Shown here: positions 1 to 10,784 of the stretch, piece after piece
How the letters are laid out: each line of letters begins with the position of its first letter
Position numbering within the stretch: the first letter of the stretch is position 1
Assembly (NCBI GenBank): GCA_963777695.1
Contig: CAVZRC010000001.1
Span: 1,221,913 to 1,285,912 of the forward strand
Length of the DNA stretch: 64,000 nt
Direction of reading: 5' to 3'
Source of the DNA: an uncultured Planctomycetota bacterium
Lineage (GTDB): Bacteria; Planctomycetota; Planctomycetia; Isosphaerales; Isosphaeraceae
Notes under the pieces: generated by a model
What the model was told of the DNA's origin: nothing
The model's input: the letters and a program-made list of their open reading frames with translations, nothing else
Database searches by the model: none
Translations under genes and position numbers: made by a program

Positions 1-630
1 CGGCGTCTTGCCCATGAGCGTGTCCTGGATCAACGCGGCTTCGCGAGGATTCAGATTCTGCTCGATCGCATCCTGGAGGGCGGCTCGCAATGTCTCCGCG
101 GTCTTCTGGGCCTCGGAAGCCGCAGGGACATCGACGGACTCCAGCGACTGGTACACCTTCTCTCGTTGCGATCGCTTCTTCACCATGTCCACCGCACGGA
201 AGAAGGCAATTCCCTCCGAGGTCTCCCGGCTGAAGACCTCCCGGATTCCCCAGTTTCCCACCTCCCCGACCAGCGAATCGAAACGCGGACGGCCGAGGTT
301 CTGCAACAAGGTGGCGTAAACCGCCTGGGAATTATCGTCGTGAAGCTGGGCCGGGATCCCGGCTCGATACCAGGCACGATTCAGATACTTATTCAACTGG
401 GTGAGGCCCGACGAGATCGCCGCGGAATCGGGCGCCGCCGCAATCGTCGAACCGTAGCTCATCCCGACTGGCGCCAGAGACGTCGTCGGGGGATCACTCA
501 TCAGCTCGGCTAGGCTGTGGCCTAGGGCGGCGTCCCAGGTCGCATTCGATACGGCCGACGCCCTCGCGTCTTCGCTCGCCTCGAGCTGCTCATGGACCGG
601 ATCGGCCAACAGATCGCGCTCGACGATCAT
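1..630 (-). CDS. hypothetical protein, 3' part truncated by window start (reads ...LTQLNKYLNRAWYRAGIPAQLHDDNSQAVYATLLQNLG...EAALIQDTLMGKTP)
   Basis: Manual minus-strand translation is open and protein-like from 795 down to position 1. First ATG is at 630. It is not in the ORF track because it runs off the edge. Confidence 0.45.
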   Translation of the reverse strand, partial: MIVERDLLADPVHEQLEASEDARASAVSNATWDAALGHSLAELMSDPPTTSLAPVGMSYGSTIAAAPDSAAISSGLTQLNKYLNRAWYRAGIPAQLHDDNSQAVYATLLQNLGRPRFDSLVGEVGNWGIREVFSRETSEGIAFFRAVDMVKKRSQREKVYQSLESVDVPAASEAQKTAETLRAALQDAIEQNLNPREAALIQDTLMGKTP

Positions 631-1749
631 CCCCGACAGCGCATGAGCCTGCGCGGCGCCGGACAAGAGCCGCAACGCCTCCAGGCCTTCCACCGTCGGG
701 CGATAATGTCGCCGCGCTCGCTTTTTCTGATCAGATCCCCCGGCCAATCGTGGACTCCCCTGACGAAAGCCTTCCGGATTACCAGACCGTCTCCCTCATC
801 CTTGATTGCCGAAAAGTGCGAGGAACGCCCCGAATTTTTCAAGAAATCCGCCGACCGCTCGACGGGATCGCTCCCTCGGAAACGGTTTCTCCTTCGATAA
901 CCGCTCCCGCCACCCTTAATACTAGGATATCGCCAACCGCGGGACACTTCCGACCGTCAACTTAATCGAATCCTCGTGACCCTTGGAGAGCAATTCGGAT
1001 GCCCCTTGACAATTATGGCACCCATGCAATCAGTCGTCCAGAGGGTCAATCTATCACGATCGCACCGAACTTGACTCATGCATGTCTCCGCATGAGAGGT
1101 TGCACGCCGTAATCGGTTCAATCGATAGTCAATACAAGGGGTGGAAGCCTCCGGCGAACGACTTCGTTCGACACGCCCACCGGCCCCCTGATTAGATCGA
1201 TCCATTCCGCGTACTCGGCCAATCTTTCTGAGAATTGACACAAAATGTTGGAGAATTCAGGCCCCGATCGATTCGCAATGCGAATGAACCCATCGACCGA
1301 CCACTGGGAGATGGCATGAGACCATCGATGGTTCCTATGCATGCGACGGCACTTCGAAGCGACTGCCAAACTCGCCAGCGCGGAGTGCATAGGCGAGGTT
1401 CTCCAGAAAGAGCTAGCGGGTGCCGTCGGACCGAGCCTCCTCGGGTCGAATGTCACGTTGCTGGTTCAACAAGAGTTTATCTCCTCGCGAACTCGGGTTC
1501 AAGCGCGTGCTACTGAGTTCAACGGGTCGTCCGCGATGCGCACTGCAACGCCCGACCGGTCGATCCATTCCCAGGGCAGGGCCGACGGTCGAGGGCACTG
1601 GCGACAGTCCCGGAGGGAGCACGCGAGTTTCCGACGCTCTCTTCGGACCGGGGCGCCACGGATGTCTTATGTTGCGAATAGGTCTCCCCCGGCCCAAAGC
1701 CCCGATGGTTGACCTCCAGAATCCATGGTGAAGATAGAGGGTCCCAAAC

Positions 1750-2230
1750 GTGCCCATAGCGGAAGATGTTCTCCTGGCGAGCGATGTCAGCATCTGCTAT
1801 CCGGATCTGGTCAACCTGTACGGCTGCCGCATCGGCGAAGAGACCAGGATCGGCCCGTTCGTCGAAATCCAGCAGAATGCCACGGTCGGGGCGCGGTGTA
1901 AAATCGGTTCGCACACCTTCATTTGCGAGGGCGTGACGATCGAGGACGAGTGCTTCATCGGCCACCTCGTCTGTTTCATCAACGACCGATACCCGGCCGC
2001 GGTCGCCGCCGACGGCCGGCTCCAGACGGGCGACGACTGGGAGGTGGTCCCGATCAGGGTCTGCCGCGGGGCGTCGATCGGCTCGGGCGCCGTGATCATG
2101 TGTGGTGTAACGATCGGCGAGGGCGCCCTGGTCGGCGCCGGGGCGGTCGTGACCCGTGACGTGCCACCGCGTCGGATCGTGTCCGGCGCCACGGGCAAGG
2201 GTCGTCCGCTCCGTCCTCGATCAGGAATGA
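1750..2230 (+). CDS. hexapeptide-repeat (LbH) sugar N-acetyltransferase, WbpD/PglD-like; apparent frameshift near 2190
   Basis: Left-handed beta-helix repeats (IGxxxxIG, CxIGxG) in the 1750 ORF. The true C-terminus ...GNPARVVRSVLDQE* is in frame 2 and ends at TGA 2228-2230, immediately before the next gene. Confidence 0.7.
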
Positions 2231-2236
2231 GCCCCG

Positions 2237-3357
2237 ATGGCGATCCCCACGATGCACGTGCCTTTCCTCGATCTCAAGGCGCAAAACCGGAGGATCTGGC
2301 CGGAGCTCGCGGAGGCCCTCGACCGCGTGATCTCCGAGGCGCAGTTCGTCCTGGGACCGGCCGTCGAGCGATTCGAGGAGGCATTCGCCGCCTACCTCGG
2401 CCGGCGGCGTTGCGTGGGACTCAATAATGGCACGTCGGCCCTGCGGATGGCCCTCGAGGCGTGCGGCGTGGCACCGGGCGACGAGGTCATCACCACGCCG
2501 CATACGTGGTTCAGCACCAGTTCGGCCGTCAGCCACCTCGGGGCGAGGCCCGTGTATGTGGACATCGATCCGGAGACTTACAACATCAATCCCTCATTGA
2601 TCGAGAGGGCGATCACGCCGCGAACCAAGGCCATCCTGCCGGTCCATCTCTACGGCCGGGCCTGCGACATGGACGCGCTGTGCGGCATCGCCCGAGAGCA
2701 CCGCCTGCACATGATCGAGGACGCCGCACAGGCCCACGGCGCCAGATACCGCGAACGCCGCGTGGGCTCCTTCGGGACCGTCTCTTGCTTCAGCTTCTAC
2801 CCCAGCAAGAACCTGGGAGGCTTCGGCGAAGGTGGTGCGATCGCCACCGACGACGAGGCGTTGGCCGACCGCATTCGACGATCGCGGGACCACGCCAGGA
2901 TAGCCGCCATCATCACGTCGAACTGGGCCATAACGCGCGCATGGAGGGGATTCAAGGCGCGGTGCTGGCGGTCAAGTTGCGGTATCTCGACGAGTGGAAC
3001 GCCGCTCGGGCCCGTCATGCCCGGCGATACCGCGAATGCCTGGCCGACGTGACCGGCATCCAGCTCCCGACCGAACCGCCTACCGGTACCCATGTCTGGC
3101 ACCTCTTCGTGGTACTCGTCCGAGGAAGGGACCGGTCTGTCGTCCGGCGGGAGCTGGCCGAGCGCGGCATCGAGACCGGCGTCCATTACCCCATCCCGGT
3201 CTCGCTCCAGCCGGCCTATGCCCATCTGGGTCACAAGCCGGGCGACTTCCCCGTCGCCGAGGACGTCATGCATCGCTGCCTCTCGCTGCCGATGTTCGCC
3301 GAGATCACCGACGAGCAGATCGACTACACGGCGCGGGCCGTCCGCGAGTGCGTCTGA
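2237..3357 (+). CDS. DegT/DnrJ/EryC1/StrS family PLP-dependent sugar aminotransferase; frameshift near 2893
   Basis: N-terminal part is in the 2237 frame (FLDLKAQ..., [24 protein letters not shown]). C-terminal part is in the 2461 frame ([30 protein letters not shown]...). The two halves join into a single DegT fold. Confidence 0.8.
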
Positions 3358-3383
3358 GTCGGCGCCACGCACAGGAGGAATTC

Positions 3384-4407
3384 ATGGAGCTCTCCGGAAG
3401 GCGAGTCCTGGTGACCGGCGGTGCTGGGTTCATCGGGTCCCATCTCGTCAACGGGCTCGAAGACTGCCGCATCCGAGTCTTCGACGATCTCTCGACCGGC
3501 ACGACGAGAAATCTCGCCCGACACCTGGGCTCGTCCCGCTTCGAGCTGATCCGCGGCGATGTCCGGGATCCCGCCGCGGCGACCCGCGCCGTTCAACGGC
3601 GTCGACGTCGTGTTCCACCTGGCCTGCCGCGGCGTCCGCCATTCTATCGGCCGTCCCATGGAGAACCACGAAGTCAACGCGACGGGGACACTCGTACTGC
3701 TGGCGGAATCTCGGAGGGCCGGCGTCCGACGGTTCGTACACGTGTCTTCCTCCGAGGTCTACGGCACGGCGCGCTACGTTCCGATGGACGAAGGACACCC
3801 GACGTTCCCCGAGACCGTCTACGGCGCATCGAAGCTCGCCGGCGAGTGTTACGCGCGGTCCTACCACCGCACCTACGGTTTGCCGACCGTCGTCGTTCGA
3901 CCCTTCAATAACTACGGCCCGCGGTGCCACCACGAAGGCGAATCCGGCGAGGTCATCCCCCGCTATGTCGTGTGGGCGTTGAATCGCTTGCCACCCGTGA
4001 TCTTCGGCGACGGGACCCACACCCGCGATTTCCTCCACGTCGAGGAGACCGCGCATTGGCTACGCCGCATAGCCGAGTGCGACGACCTGATCGGGCAGAC
4101 CGTCAACCTGGCATCCGGAGAGGAGACCTCGGTACAGGAGCTGGCCGATCTGGTCTACGACGAGGTCCTGAACCATCGCATCCCACCCGAGTTCCAGCCC
4201 GGTCGGCCCGGCGATGTGCAACGCCACCTCGCATCGACCGAGCTGGCGAGAAGCCGACTCGGCTTTCGGGCCCAGATCCCGCTGCGCCAGGGGATCCGGA
4301 GGCTGGCCGAGGAGCTCCGGGCGACCCCGGGGGGCCCTCGCGTGTTGCTCTCGGCGACTCGCACGATCAACTGGAGCGACCCGCGAGAGGGGGCTGGCCG
4401 ATCATGA
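3384..4407 (+). CDS. NAD-dependent epimerase/dehydratase (UDP-sugar epimerase/4,6-dehydratase family); frameshift near 3580
   Basis: [14 protein letters not shown] Rossmann motif is in frame 3. [11 protein letters not shown]...YGASK catalytic YxxxK is in frame 1. Confidence 0.8.
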
Positions 4408-5572
4408 TCCCCATCTCCAGGCCGTGTTTCGGCATCGAGGAGGCCGAGGCCGCCCGGCTGGCCGTGCTCAGCGGTTGGGTCGGTCAGGGGCCCAGGGTCG
4501 CCGCGTTCGAACGATCGGTGGCCGACGCTTGCGCAACGGCCGAGGCGGTTGCCGTCGCGAGCGGCACGGGCGCCCTGCACCTGGCGTTGCTGGCCCTGGA
4601 CATCGGGCCGGGCGACGAGGTCATCTGCCCCTCCATGTCCTTCATCGCCACGGCGAATGCGATCCGACACGCCGGCGCCATCCCGGTGTTCGCGGACATC
4701 GATCCGCGCACGTACAACCTCGACCCGGCCGCCGCCGAGGCAGCCATCACGCCGCGACACGAGGGCCATCATGGTGGTCCACCAGATCGGCTTGCCGGTC
4801 AACCTGGACCGATTCTTGGCCATCGGCGAGAAGCACGGCCTCAAGATCCTGGAAGACGCCGCCTGTGCGATCGGCAGCAAGTACAAGGGTAAACCGATCG
4901 GCGGCCACTCGGAGATGGCCTGCTTCAGCTTCCACGCCCGCAAGGTCATCACGACCGGCGAAGGGGGGATGATCACGACCAACCGCGAGGATTATGCCCG
5001 GCGGATCCGCCTCCTCCGTCAACACGGGATGAGCGTGCCGGACACCGTCCGCCATGCCTCCAGGAAGGTCATCATCGAGGAATACCTCTGCCTGGGATAC
5101 AACGACCGCATGACCGACATCCAGGCGGCTGTCGGCCTCGAACAAATGAAACGGCTGGACTGGATCGTCGCGCAGACGACGACAACTCGCGGCGCACTAC
5201 ACGCAAGCCCTCGCCGGCCATCCTTGGTTGCGAACCCCTTATTCTCCCGCCTACGCTGAGCCCAACTTCCAGAGCTATGTCGTAGAGTTAACGGAAGACG
5301 CGCCGATGGGACGCGATCGCCTCATGCAATGGCTCCTCGACCGAGGGATCTCATCGCGACGAGGAATCATGCTCGCCCATAAAGAACCCGCGTATGGCGA
5401 TCTCGCTTGCCGCCAGTCGCTCGTTCACTCCGAACTCGCCAGCGCCCGCTCGATCTTGCTGCCGCTCTATCCCGGGATGTCGACACGGGAGCAGGACCGT
5501 GTGATCGCCGCGCTGAGGCTGGCCGAGCGGGTCGGTTCGGGCGCATCGGATCGCGAAGGGAGGAGGTCGTAG
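4404..5572 (+). CDS. DegT/DnrJ/EryC1/StrS family aminotransferase (second copy); frameshifts near 4756 and 5170
   Basis: ISRPCFGIEEAEA...GTGALHLAL, then AIMVVHQIGLPVNLD...FSFHARKVITTGEGGMI, then RRQLAAHYTQALAGHPWLRTPYSPAYAEPNFQSYVV across three frames. ATGA overlap with the upstream gene. Confidence 0.8.
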
Positions 5573-5573
5573 C

Positions 5574-6041
5574 GTGGCGGAACCTTCATCAGAACACGGC
5601 ATCCCGACAAACCAATACAATCCGCATTGCTGGATCACCGGCGCGCCGGAGATCGGCGCGGGGACGTGGATCGGTGCCTTCACGCTCGTCAACGGCCTCG
5701 GCGGGTTGACGATCGGCAGGGGTTGCGACATCGCGTCCGGGGCCCAGATCCTCAGCCACTCGACCGTCCGTCGATGCCTGACCGGTCAACGGCCGGGCCG
5801 GATCGACTCGATGCCGACGGTGATCGAAGATCATGTTTTCGTCGGCACGAACGCCGTGATTCTGATGGGGTGCCACATCGGTCATCACAGCATCGTCGCG
5901 GCGGGCGCCGTCGTCCCCGAAGGGACCCGGATTCCGCCGTACTCGCTGGTCGCGGGCGTGCCGGCGAGGGTCCTGCGCTCGGTGGAGTCCGAGGTCCAAG
6001 AGTGGTCTACAGAGTCGGCCATGGACCCACCCTCGAGCTAA
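5574..6041 (+). CDS. hexapeptide-repeat acyl/acetyltransferase (second LbH transferase)
   Basis: GTG start 9 nt after AGGAGG. Repeated [LIV]G-x-x-x-x-[LIV] hexapeptide pattern. Contiguous with the DegT gene. Confidence 0.75.
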   Translation: MAEPSSEHGIPTNQYNPHCWITGAPEIGAGTWIGAFTLVNGLGGLTIGRGCDIASGAQILSHSTVRRCLTGQRPGRIDSMPTVIEDHVFVGTNAVILMGCHIGHHSIVAAGAVVPEGTRIPPYSLVAGVPARVLRSVESEVQEWSTESAMDPPSS

Positions 6042-6049
6042 GAGACGAT

Positions 6050-6132
6050 CCCAGTAGGGTGGGTGAAACCCACCGAATGCCTTGTCGATGAGCGACTTGG
6101 TGGGTTTCACCCACGCTACAAAGACTCCAACT
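6050..6132. repeat. palindromic intergenic repeat, copy 1 (19-bp inverted arms TAGGGTGGGTGAAACCCAC around a 25-nt loop)
   Basis: About 85% identical to 28181-28262. Arms are GGGTGGGTGAAACCCAC / GTGGGTTTCACCCAC. Confidence 0.75.
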
Positions 6133-6149
6133 GGGATCGGTTCCGACCC

Positions 6150-7103
6150 ATGCCGCGTTTGAGCATCATCACCTTCTTCCTGAACGAGGCGGACAACCTG
6201 CCTCACCTGAAGGACCGGCTGACCTCGGTCCTCGATCGATCGGATATCGAGACCGAGATCGTGCTGGTCAACGATCATTCGACCGATGGCTCGCGCGAGA
6301 TCGCGCTCGGTTGGGTCGCGGAGCGACCTCGGACGACTTATCTGCGACTCTCTCGCAACTTCGGCTCGCATGCGGCGATCGCCGCGGGGCTGAGGTACGC
6401 CACGGGCGACTGTGCCGTCGTGATGGCCGCCGATCTCCAAGATCCGCCGGAAGTCATCCCCTTGCTCCTGGAACGCTGGCGAGAAGGCAACGACATCGTC
6501 TGGGCTTGCCGGTCCGGGCGAGCGGGCGAGTCGCCGGCCACCAGGGCGGCATCGAAGATCTATTGCCGGCTGATGCGATGGCTCGCCTTGCCGGAAATGC
6601 ACGCCGAGGGCGCCGATTTCGTGCTCCTGGGCCGGAACGTGATCGACGCTTATAACGCCATCGCGGAGAAGCACACCAGCGTCTTCGCGGTGATCCTGTG
6701 GATGGGATTCCGACAGTCCTCCCTCGCGTACGTCAAGCAGGCCAGGCATGCCGGACGGAGCCGATGGACCCTGGCGAAGAAGCTGAGACTCGCGATCGAT
6801 TCGATCGTCTCCTTCAGCGACCTGCCGATCCGGGCGCTGTCTGTCCTGGGCCTGCTGATGGCGGCGGGTGGTCTCCTGTTCGTGTCGATCGTCGGCGTGG
6901 GGCGACTGTCGGGATGGGCGATCGCCGGGACGGGCTTCGCCGCGATGATGACGGTGCTCCTCGTGGGACAGGGCCTGATCCTGATCATGCTCGGAATCCT
7001 GGGAGAGTACCTCTGGCGGACCTTCGACCAGGTCCGCGGCCGCCCGAAGTTCATTATTGAGACACGCCGCTCCAAAGCCCCAACAGAACCCGAACGATCA
7101 TGA
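6150..7103 (+). CDS. family 2 glycosyltransferase, polyprenyl-phosphate sugar transferase type (ArnC/GtrB/DPM1-like) with C-terminal TM helices
   Basis: LSIITFFLNEADNL, DHSTDGS, RNFGSHAAIAAGL, D-x-D region, and two C-terminal hydrophobic segments. The track ORF 6063 start reads through the palindromic repeat, so the start is placed at ATG 6150. Confidence 0.8.
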   Translation: MPRLSIITFFLNEADNLPHLKDRLTSVLDRSDIETEIVLVNDHSTDGSREIALGWVAERPRTTYLRLSRNFGSHAAIAAGLRYATGDCAVVMAADLQDPPEVIPLLLERWREGNDIVWACRSGRAGESPATRAASKIYCRLMRWLALPEMHAEGADFVLLGRNVIDAYNAIAEKHTSVFAVILWMGFRQSSLAYVKQARHAGRSRWTLAKKLRLAIDSIVSFSDLPIRALSVLGLLMAAGGLLFVSIVGVGRLSGWAIAGTGFAAMMTVLLVGQGLILIMLGILGEYLWRTFDQVRGRPKFIIETRRSKAPTEPERS

Positions 7104-8111
7104 TTCGAGTGGCCGTCATCGGGACCGGTTACTGGGGGCCGAACCTCATCCGCAATTTCTCCGCCTGCCCGGAGACGCGGCTCGTCGCCGCCTGCGACAA
7201 GGATCCGGCGCGGCTCGCGAGGGCGCTGCTCGGATATCCGGAAGTGCGGGCCGTCGCCAACCCGGACCGACTGCTGGCGAGAGAGGATATTGACGCCGTT
7301 GCCATCGCCACCCCTGTGGGCACGCACGCCTCGCTGGCAGTGGCTGCGTTGCGCCGGAAAACATGTGCTCGTGGAGAAGCCGATTGCCGGCTGTGCTCGC
7401 GATGCCGAGGCCATGGTCGCCGCGGCCCGAGAGGCCGGACGTGTCCTGATGGTCAACCACACGCACCTCTACGGCGGCCCCGTGCGGAAGATCAAGGAGT
7501 TGTTCGAGTCCGGCGACCTGGGCGAGATCTACTACGTCGATAGTGTGAGGATCAACCTCGGGCGCTTCCAGCACGATGTCAATGTGGTCTGGGACCTCGC
7601 CCCCCACGACCTGGCGATCATGGACCATCTCATCGGACGACTCCCCGAGAGCCTCTCCGCGATCGGCGCGTGCCATGCCGATCGGCCTGACGGACTCGAG
7701 GACGTGGCGTACCTGAATCTGGACTACGGCGACGGGTTGCTCGCATCGTTCCACCTCAACTGGTTGAGCCCCGTGAAGGTGCGCCATTTCCTGGTCGGCG
7801 GGAGCCGGAAGGGCCTCGTTTACGATGAACTCGCACACGAGGAGAAGATCAAGGTGTACGACCGTGGCATTACGGTTTCGCCACTCGGCGAGACCCTCCG
7901 TCCCGTTCGGATCGACTACCGGACTGGCGATGTCTGGTCGCCTCGGATCGAGGACCAGGAGCCGCTGCAAGCGATGATCCGCCACTTCGCCGAATGCATC
8001 CGGGACCGGATAACTCCCCTGTCAGATGGACTGGCCGGCCTGCGCGTCGTGCGGATGCTCGAGGCCGCCCAGCGGAGCATCAAGGCCCAAGGTGAGAGGA
8101 TCGCCCTCTGA
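7100..8111 (+). CDS. Gfo/Idh/MocA family NAD(P)-dependent oxidoreductase (WbpB-like sugar dehydrogenase candidate); frameshift near 7354
   Basis: IRVAVIGTGYWGPN Rossmann N-terminus is in frame 2. GKHVLVEKP and the C-terminal Gfo/Idh/MocA domain are in frame 3. Confidence 0.8.
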
Positions 8112-8322
8112 TCGGATGCCGCGAGCAATACGCCGAAGAGGGCCCCACGTTTGTCGGGCTGATCGCGGTCGCCTGGCTTGATGGCCTGGCCCTGTTCCAT
8201 GCCGATCGGAAGGGGTATCATCTCAGTCGTAAATCGAAGGACTGATGCGGCCGAAGGGCGGAACGCCGTTCCTCGGAGTCGGGACATCCACCGACCCCCG
8301 GTTGCTTTGGAGTACGATCGAA

Positions 8323-9946
8323 ATGCCCGACTTCGCCTACCAAGACCTCTTCCCGCTCGGTCTCGACACGACCGAGTATCGGCACGTCACCTCGGAGTTC
8401 GTCTCGACGGCATCGTTCGAGGGCCAGGACATCCTCAAGGTCGCCCCGGAGGCGTTGACGGCACTGGCACGTGAAGCATTCCGCGACGTCTCATTCCTCT
8501 ACCGTACGTCGCACCTGGAGAAGGTCGCCGCCATCCTCGACGATCCCGAGGCCTCGCCCAACGATCGCGGCGTGGCCCTGGCATTGCTCCGCAACGCCTC
8601 GATCGCTTCCGAATTCCGACTGCCGATGTGCCAGGACACCGGCACAGCCACCGTCGTCGCGAAGAAAGGCCAGCAAGTCTGGACCGGTGCAAGGGACGAT
8701 GAGTGGCTTGCCCGGGGGATATTCGAGACCTATCAGAAGGAGAACCTCCGCTATTCGCAGACGGTCCCGCTGACGATGTACGAGGAGAAGAACTCGGGGA
8801 CGAACCTCCCGGCGCAGATCGACATCTTCGCGGGCATTGGAGAGCACTACGATTTCCTCTTCGTCGCCAAGGGCGGTGGATCGGCGAACAAGTCTTTGCT
8901 CTTCCAGGAGACCAAAGCCCTGCTCAATCCGTCGAGCCTCGAAGCCTTCCTCGACCAGAAGCTGCGCTCGCTCGGCACGACGGCATGCCCTCCCTATCAC
9001 CTGGCGATCGTCATCGGCGGGACATCGGCCGAGGCGACGATGAAGACGGTGAAGCTCGCCAGCGCGGGCTATCTCGACGACCTGCCGACCGAGGGCAACA
9101 CGACGGGTCGGGCCTTTCGCGACCCCGCGCTCGAGGCGAAGGTCATGGAGCTGGCGCAGGACCGGGATCGGTGCCCAGTTCGGCGGCAAGTACTTCGCGC
9201 TCGACGCCCGCGTCGTCCGCCTGCCCCGACACGGGGCCTCGTGCCCGGTCGGGATCGGCGTGTCGTGCTCCGCCGACCGGAACATCAAGGCCCGGATCGA
9301 CCGCGATGGCCTCTGGATCGAGGCCCTCGAACGCAATCCCGCCCGATTCATACCCGGCGTCGCTCGCCAGCAGTCCGACAACGGACTCGGGATGCCCATC
9401 GACCTCAATCGCCTGATGGCCAATGTGCTGGCGGACCTCTCGCGGCATCGCGTCGGCACGCCGCTACGATTGACCGGGACCATCGTCGTGGCGAGGGACA
9501 TCGCCCACGCGAAGATCAAGGAACGCCTCGATCGCGGCGAGGGGATGCCTCGCTACATGAAGGATTATCCCATCTACTACGCCGGACCGGCCAAGACGCC
9601 CGAAGGGATGCCGTCGGGCTCGTTCGGGCCGACCACTGCGGGACGCATGGACGGCTACGTCGACCTATTCCAGTCGCACGGCGGTTCGATGATCATGCTC
9701 GCGAAGGGCAATCGCACCAAGGCGGTGACGGACGCCTGCAAGAAACACGGCGGCTTCTACCTCGGCTCCATCGGCGGCCCCGCCGCGCTCCTGGCACACG
9801 AGTATATCAAGAAGATGGAATTGCTCGAGTATCCCGAGCTCGGCATGGAGGCGGTCTATAAGATCGAGGTCGTCAACTTCCCGGCGTTCATCCTCGTCGA
9901 CGACAAGGGAAACGACTTCTTCGCCCAGCTCCCCGTCATTGGATGA
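8323..9946 (+). CDS. fumA: fumarate hydratase class I (Fe-S, single-chain FumA/FumB type); frameshift near 9163
   Basis: Class I fumarase N-terminal domain ([18 protein letters not shown]) continues into the 9260 frame ([14 protein letters not shown]...[10 protein letters not shown]...AKGNRTKAV). Confidence 0.85.
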
Positions 9947-10052
9947 ATCCGTATGGATCGCGACCCGAAGGTTCCGTCGATGCGTCGTCGTCATCGTACG
10001 GAGTTGGTCTCAACCAGGACTCTTGATTATGGTATTCTGGTCGTGATCTTCA

Positions 10053-10349
10053 ATGGAGGGCCTGACGATGGCAGCAAGTTCGATCGTCGTTCCCGAGCCG
10101 AGCGTCTTCATGGGATTGGTCTTACCGGAAGCCGACCATTTCACGAAGGAGTCGGCCCGATTCGTCCTGAGTCTGACATTTACCCAGGAGACCCAGGACC
10201 GAGTCCATCAACTCCTCAACAAGAACTCGGAGGACCTCATTTCGTCGGCCGAGAAAGAGGAGCTGGAGGAAATGGTTAACGCAAACACCTACCTGGGAAT
10301 CGTCCAATCCCGGGCGCGCCTCTTCCTGAAGCGGTCGGGCTCCGCTTGA
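10053..10349 (+). CDS. small hypothetical protein in low-GC islet (start may be ATG 10068)
   Basis: ORF sits in a stretch of about 52% GC. It is 15 bp upstream of the HNH gene on the same strand. Confidence 0.45.
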   Translation: MEGLTMAASSIVVPEPSVFMGLVLPEADHFTKESARFVLSLTFTQETQDRVHQLLNKNSEDLISSAEKEELEEMVNANTYLGIVQSRARLFLKRSGSA

Positions 10350-10364
10350 GCTCCGAGAGAGATC

Positions 10365-10784
10365 ATGGACGACCTGTCGGCTCGCGTCCGAGCGAGAGCG
10401 AAAAATTGCTGCGAATACTGCCAGTTGCCTCACTTTGCTTCCCCGCTCACTTTCCATCTCGAACACGCCGACCCTCGACAGCACCATGGCGAGACGAACT
10501 TCGGTAACCTCGCCCTCTCCTGCCCCGATTGCAATCTTCACAAGGGTCCAAATATATCAGGATACGATCTAGTCAATAAGAAGAGAGTTCTGACACCACT
10601 TTATAATCCTCGACGACACCGTTGGGGCAAGCATTTCCGTTGGGAGGGCCCGCGACTCATCGGCCGTACGGCCATAGGTCGCGTGACAATTCATGTTCTC
10701 GCCATAAACTCCCGGAAGATGTTGAAGCTCCGTGAAGCTCTGATCGAAGAAGGTGTCTTTCCGCCTACAGCCCTCGCCGATTGA
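10365..10784 (+). CDS. HNH endonuclease
   Basis: CEYC...H-x3-H...N...CxxCN..K HNH motif. Low GC. Confidence 0.75.
   Translation: MDDLSARVRARAKNCCEYCQLPHFASPLTFHLEHADPRQHHGETNFGNLALSCPDCNLHKGPNISGYDLVNKKRVLTPLYNPRRHRWGKHFRWEGPRLIGRTAIGRVTIHVLAINSRKMLKLREALIEEGVFPPTALAD

Noticed and set aside
6063-6149. N-terminal extension of the GT2 ORF (MKPTECLVDERLGGFHPRY...)
   Set aside because: It is the translated palindromic repeat. The conserved GT2 N-terminus starts at MPRLSIITFF (6150).
5589-6749. 386-aa minus-strand ORF
   Set aside because: Antisense to the acetyltransferase and GT2 genes. Spans the palindromic repeat.
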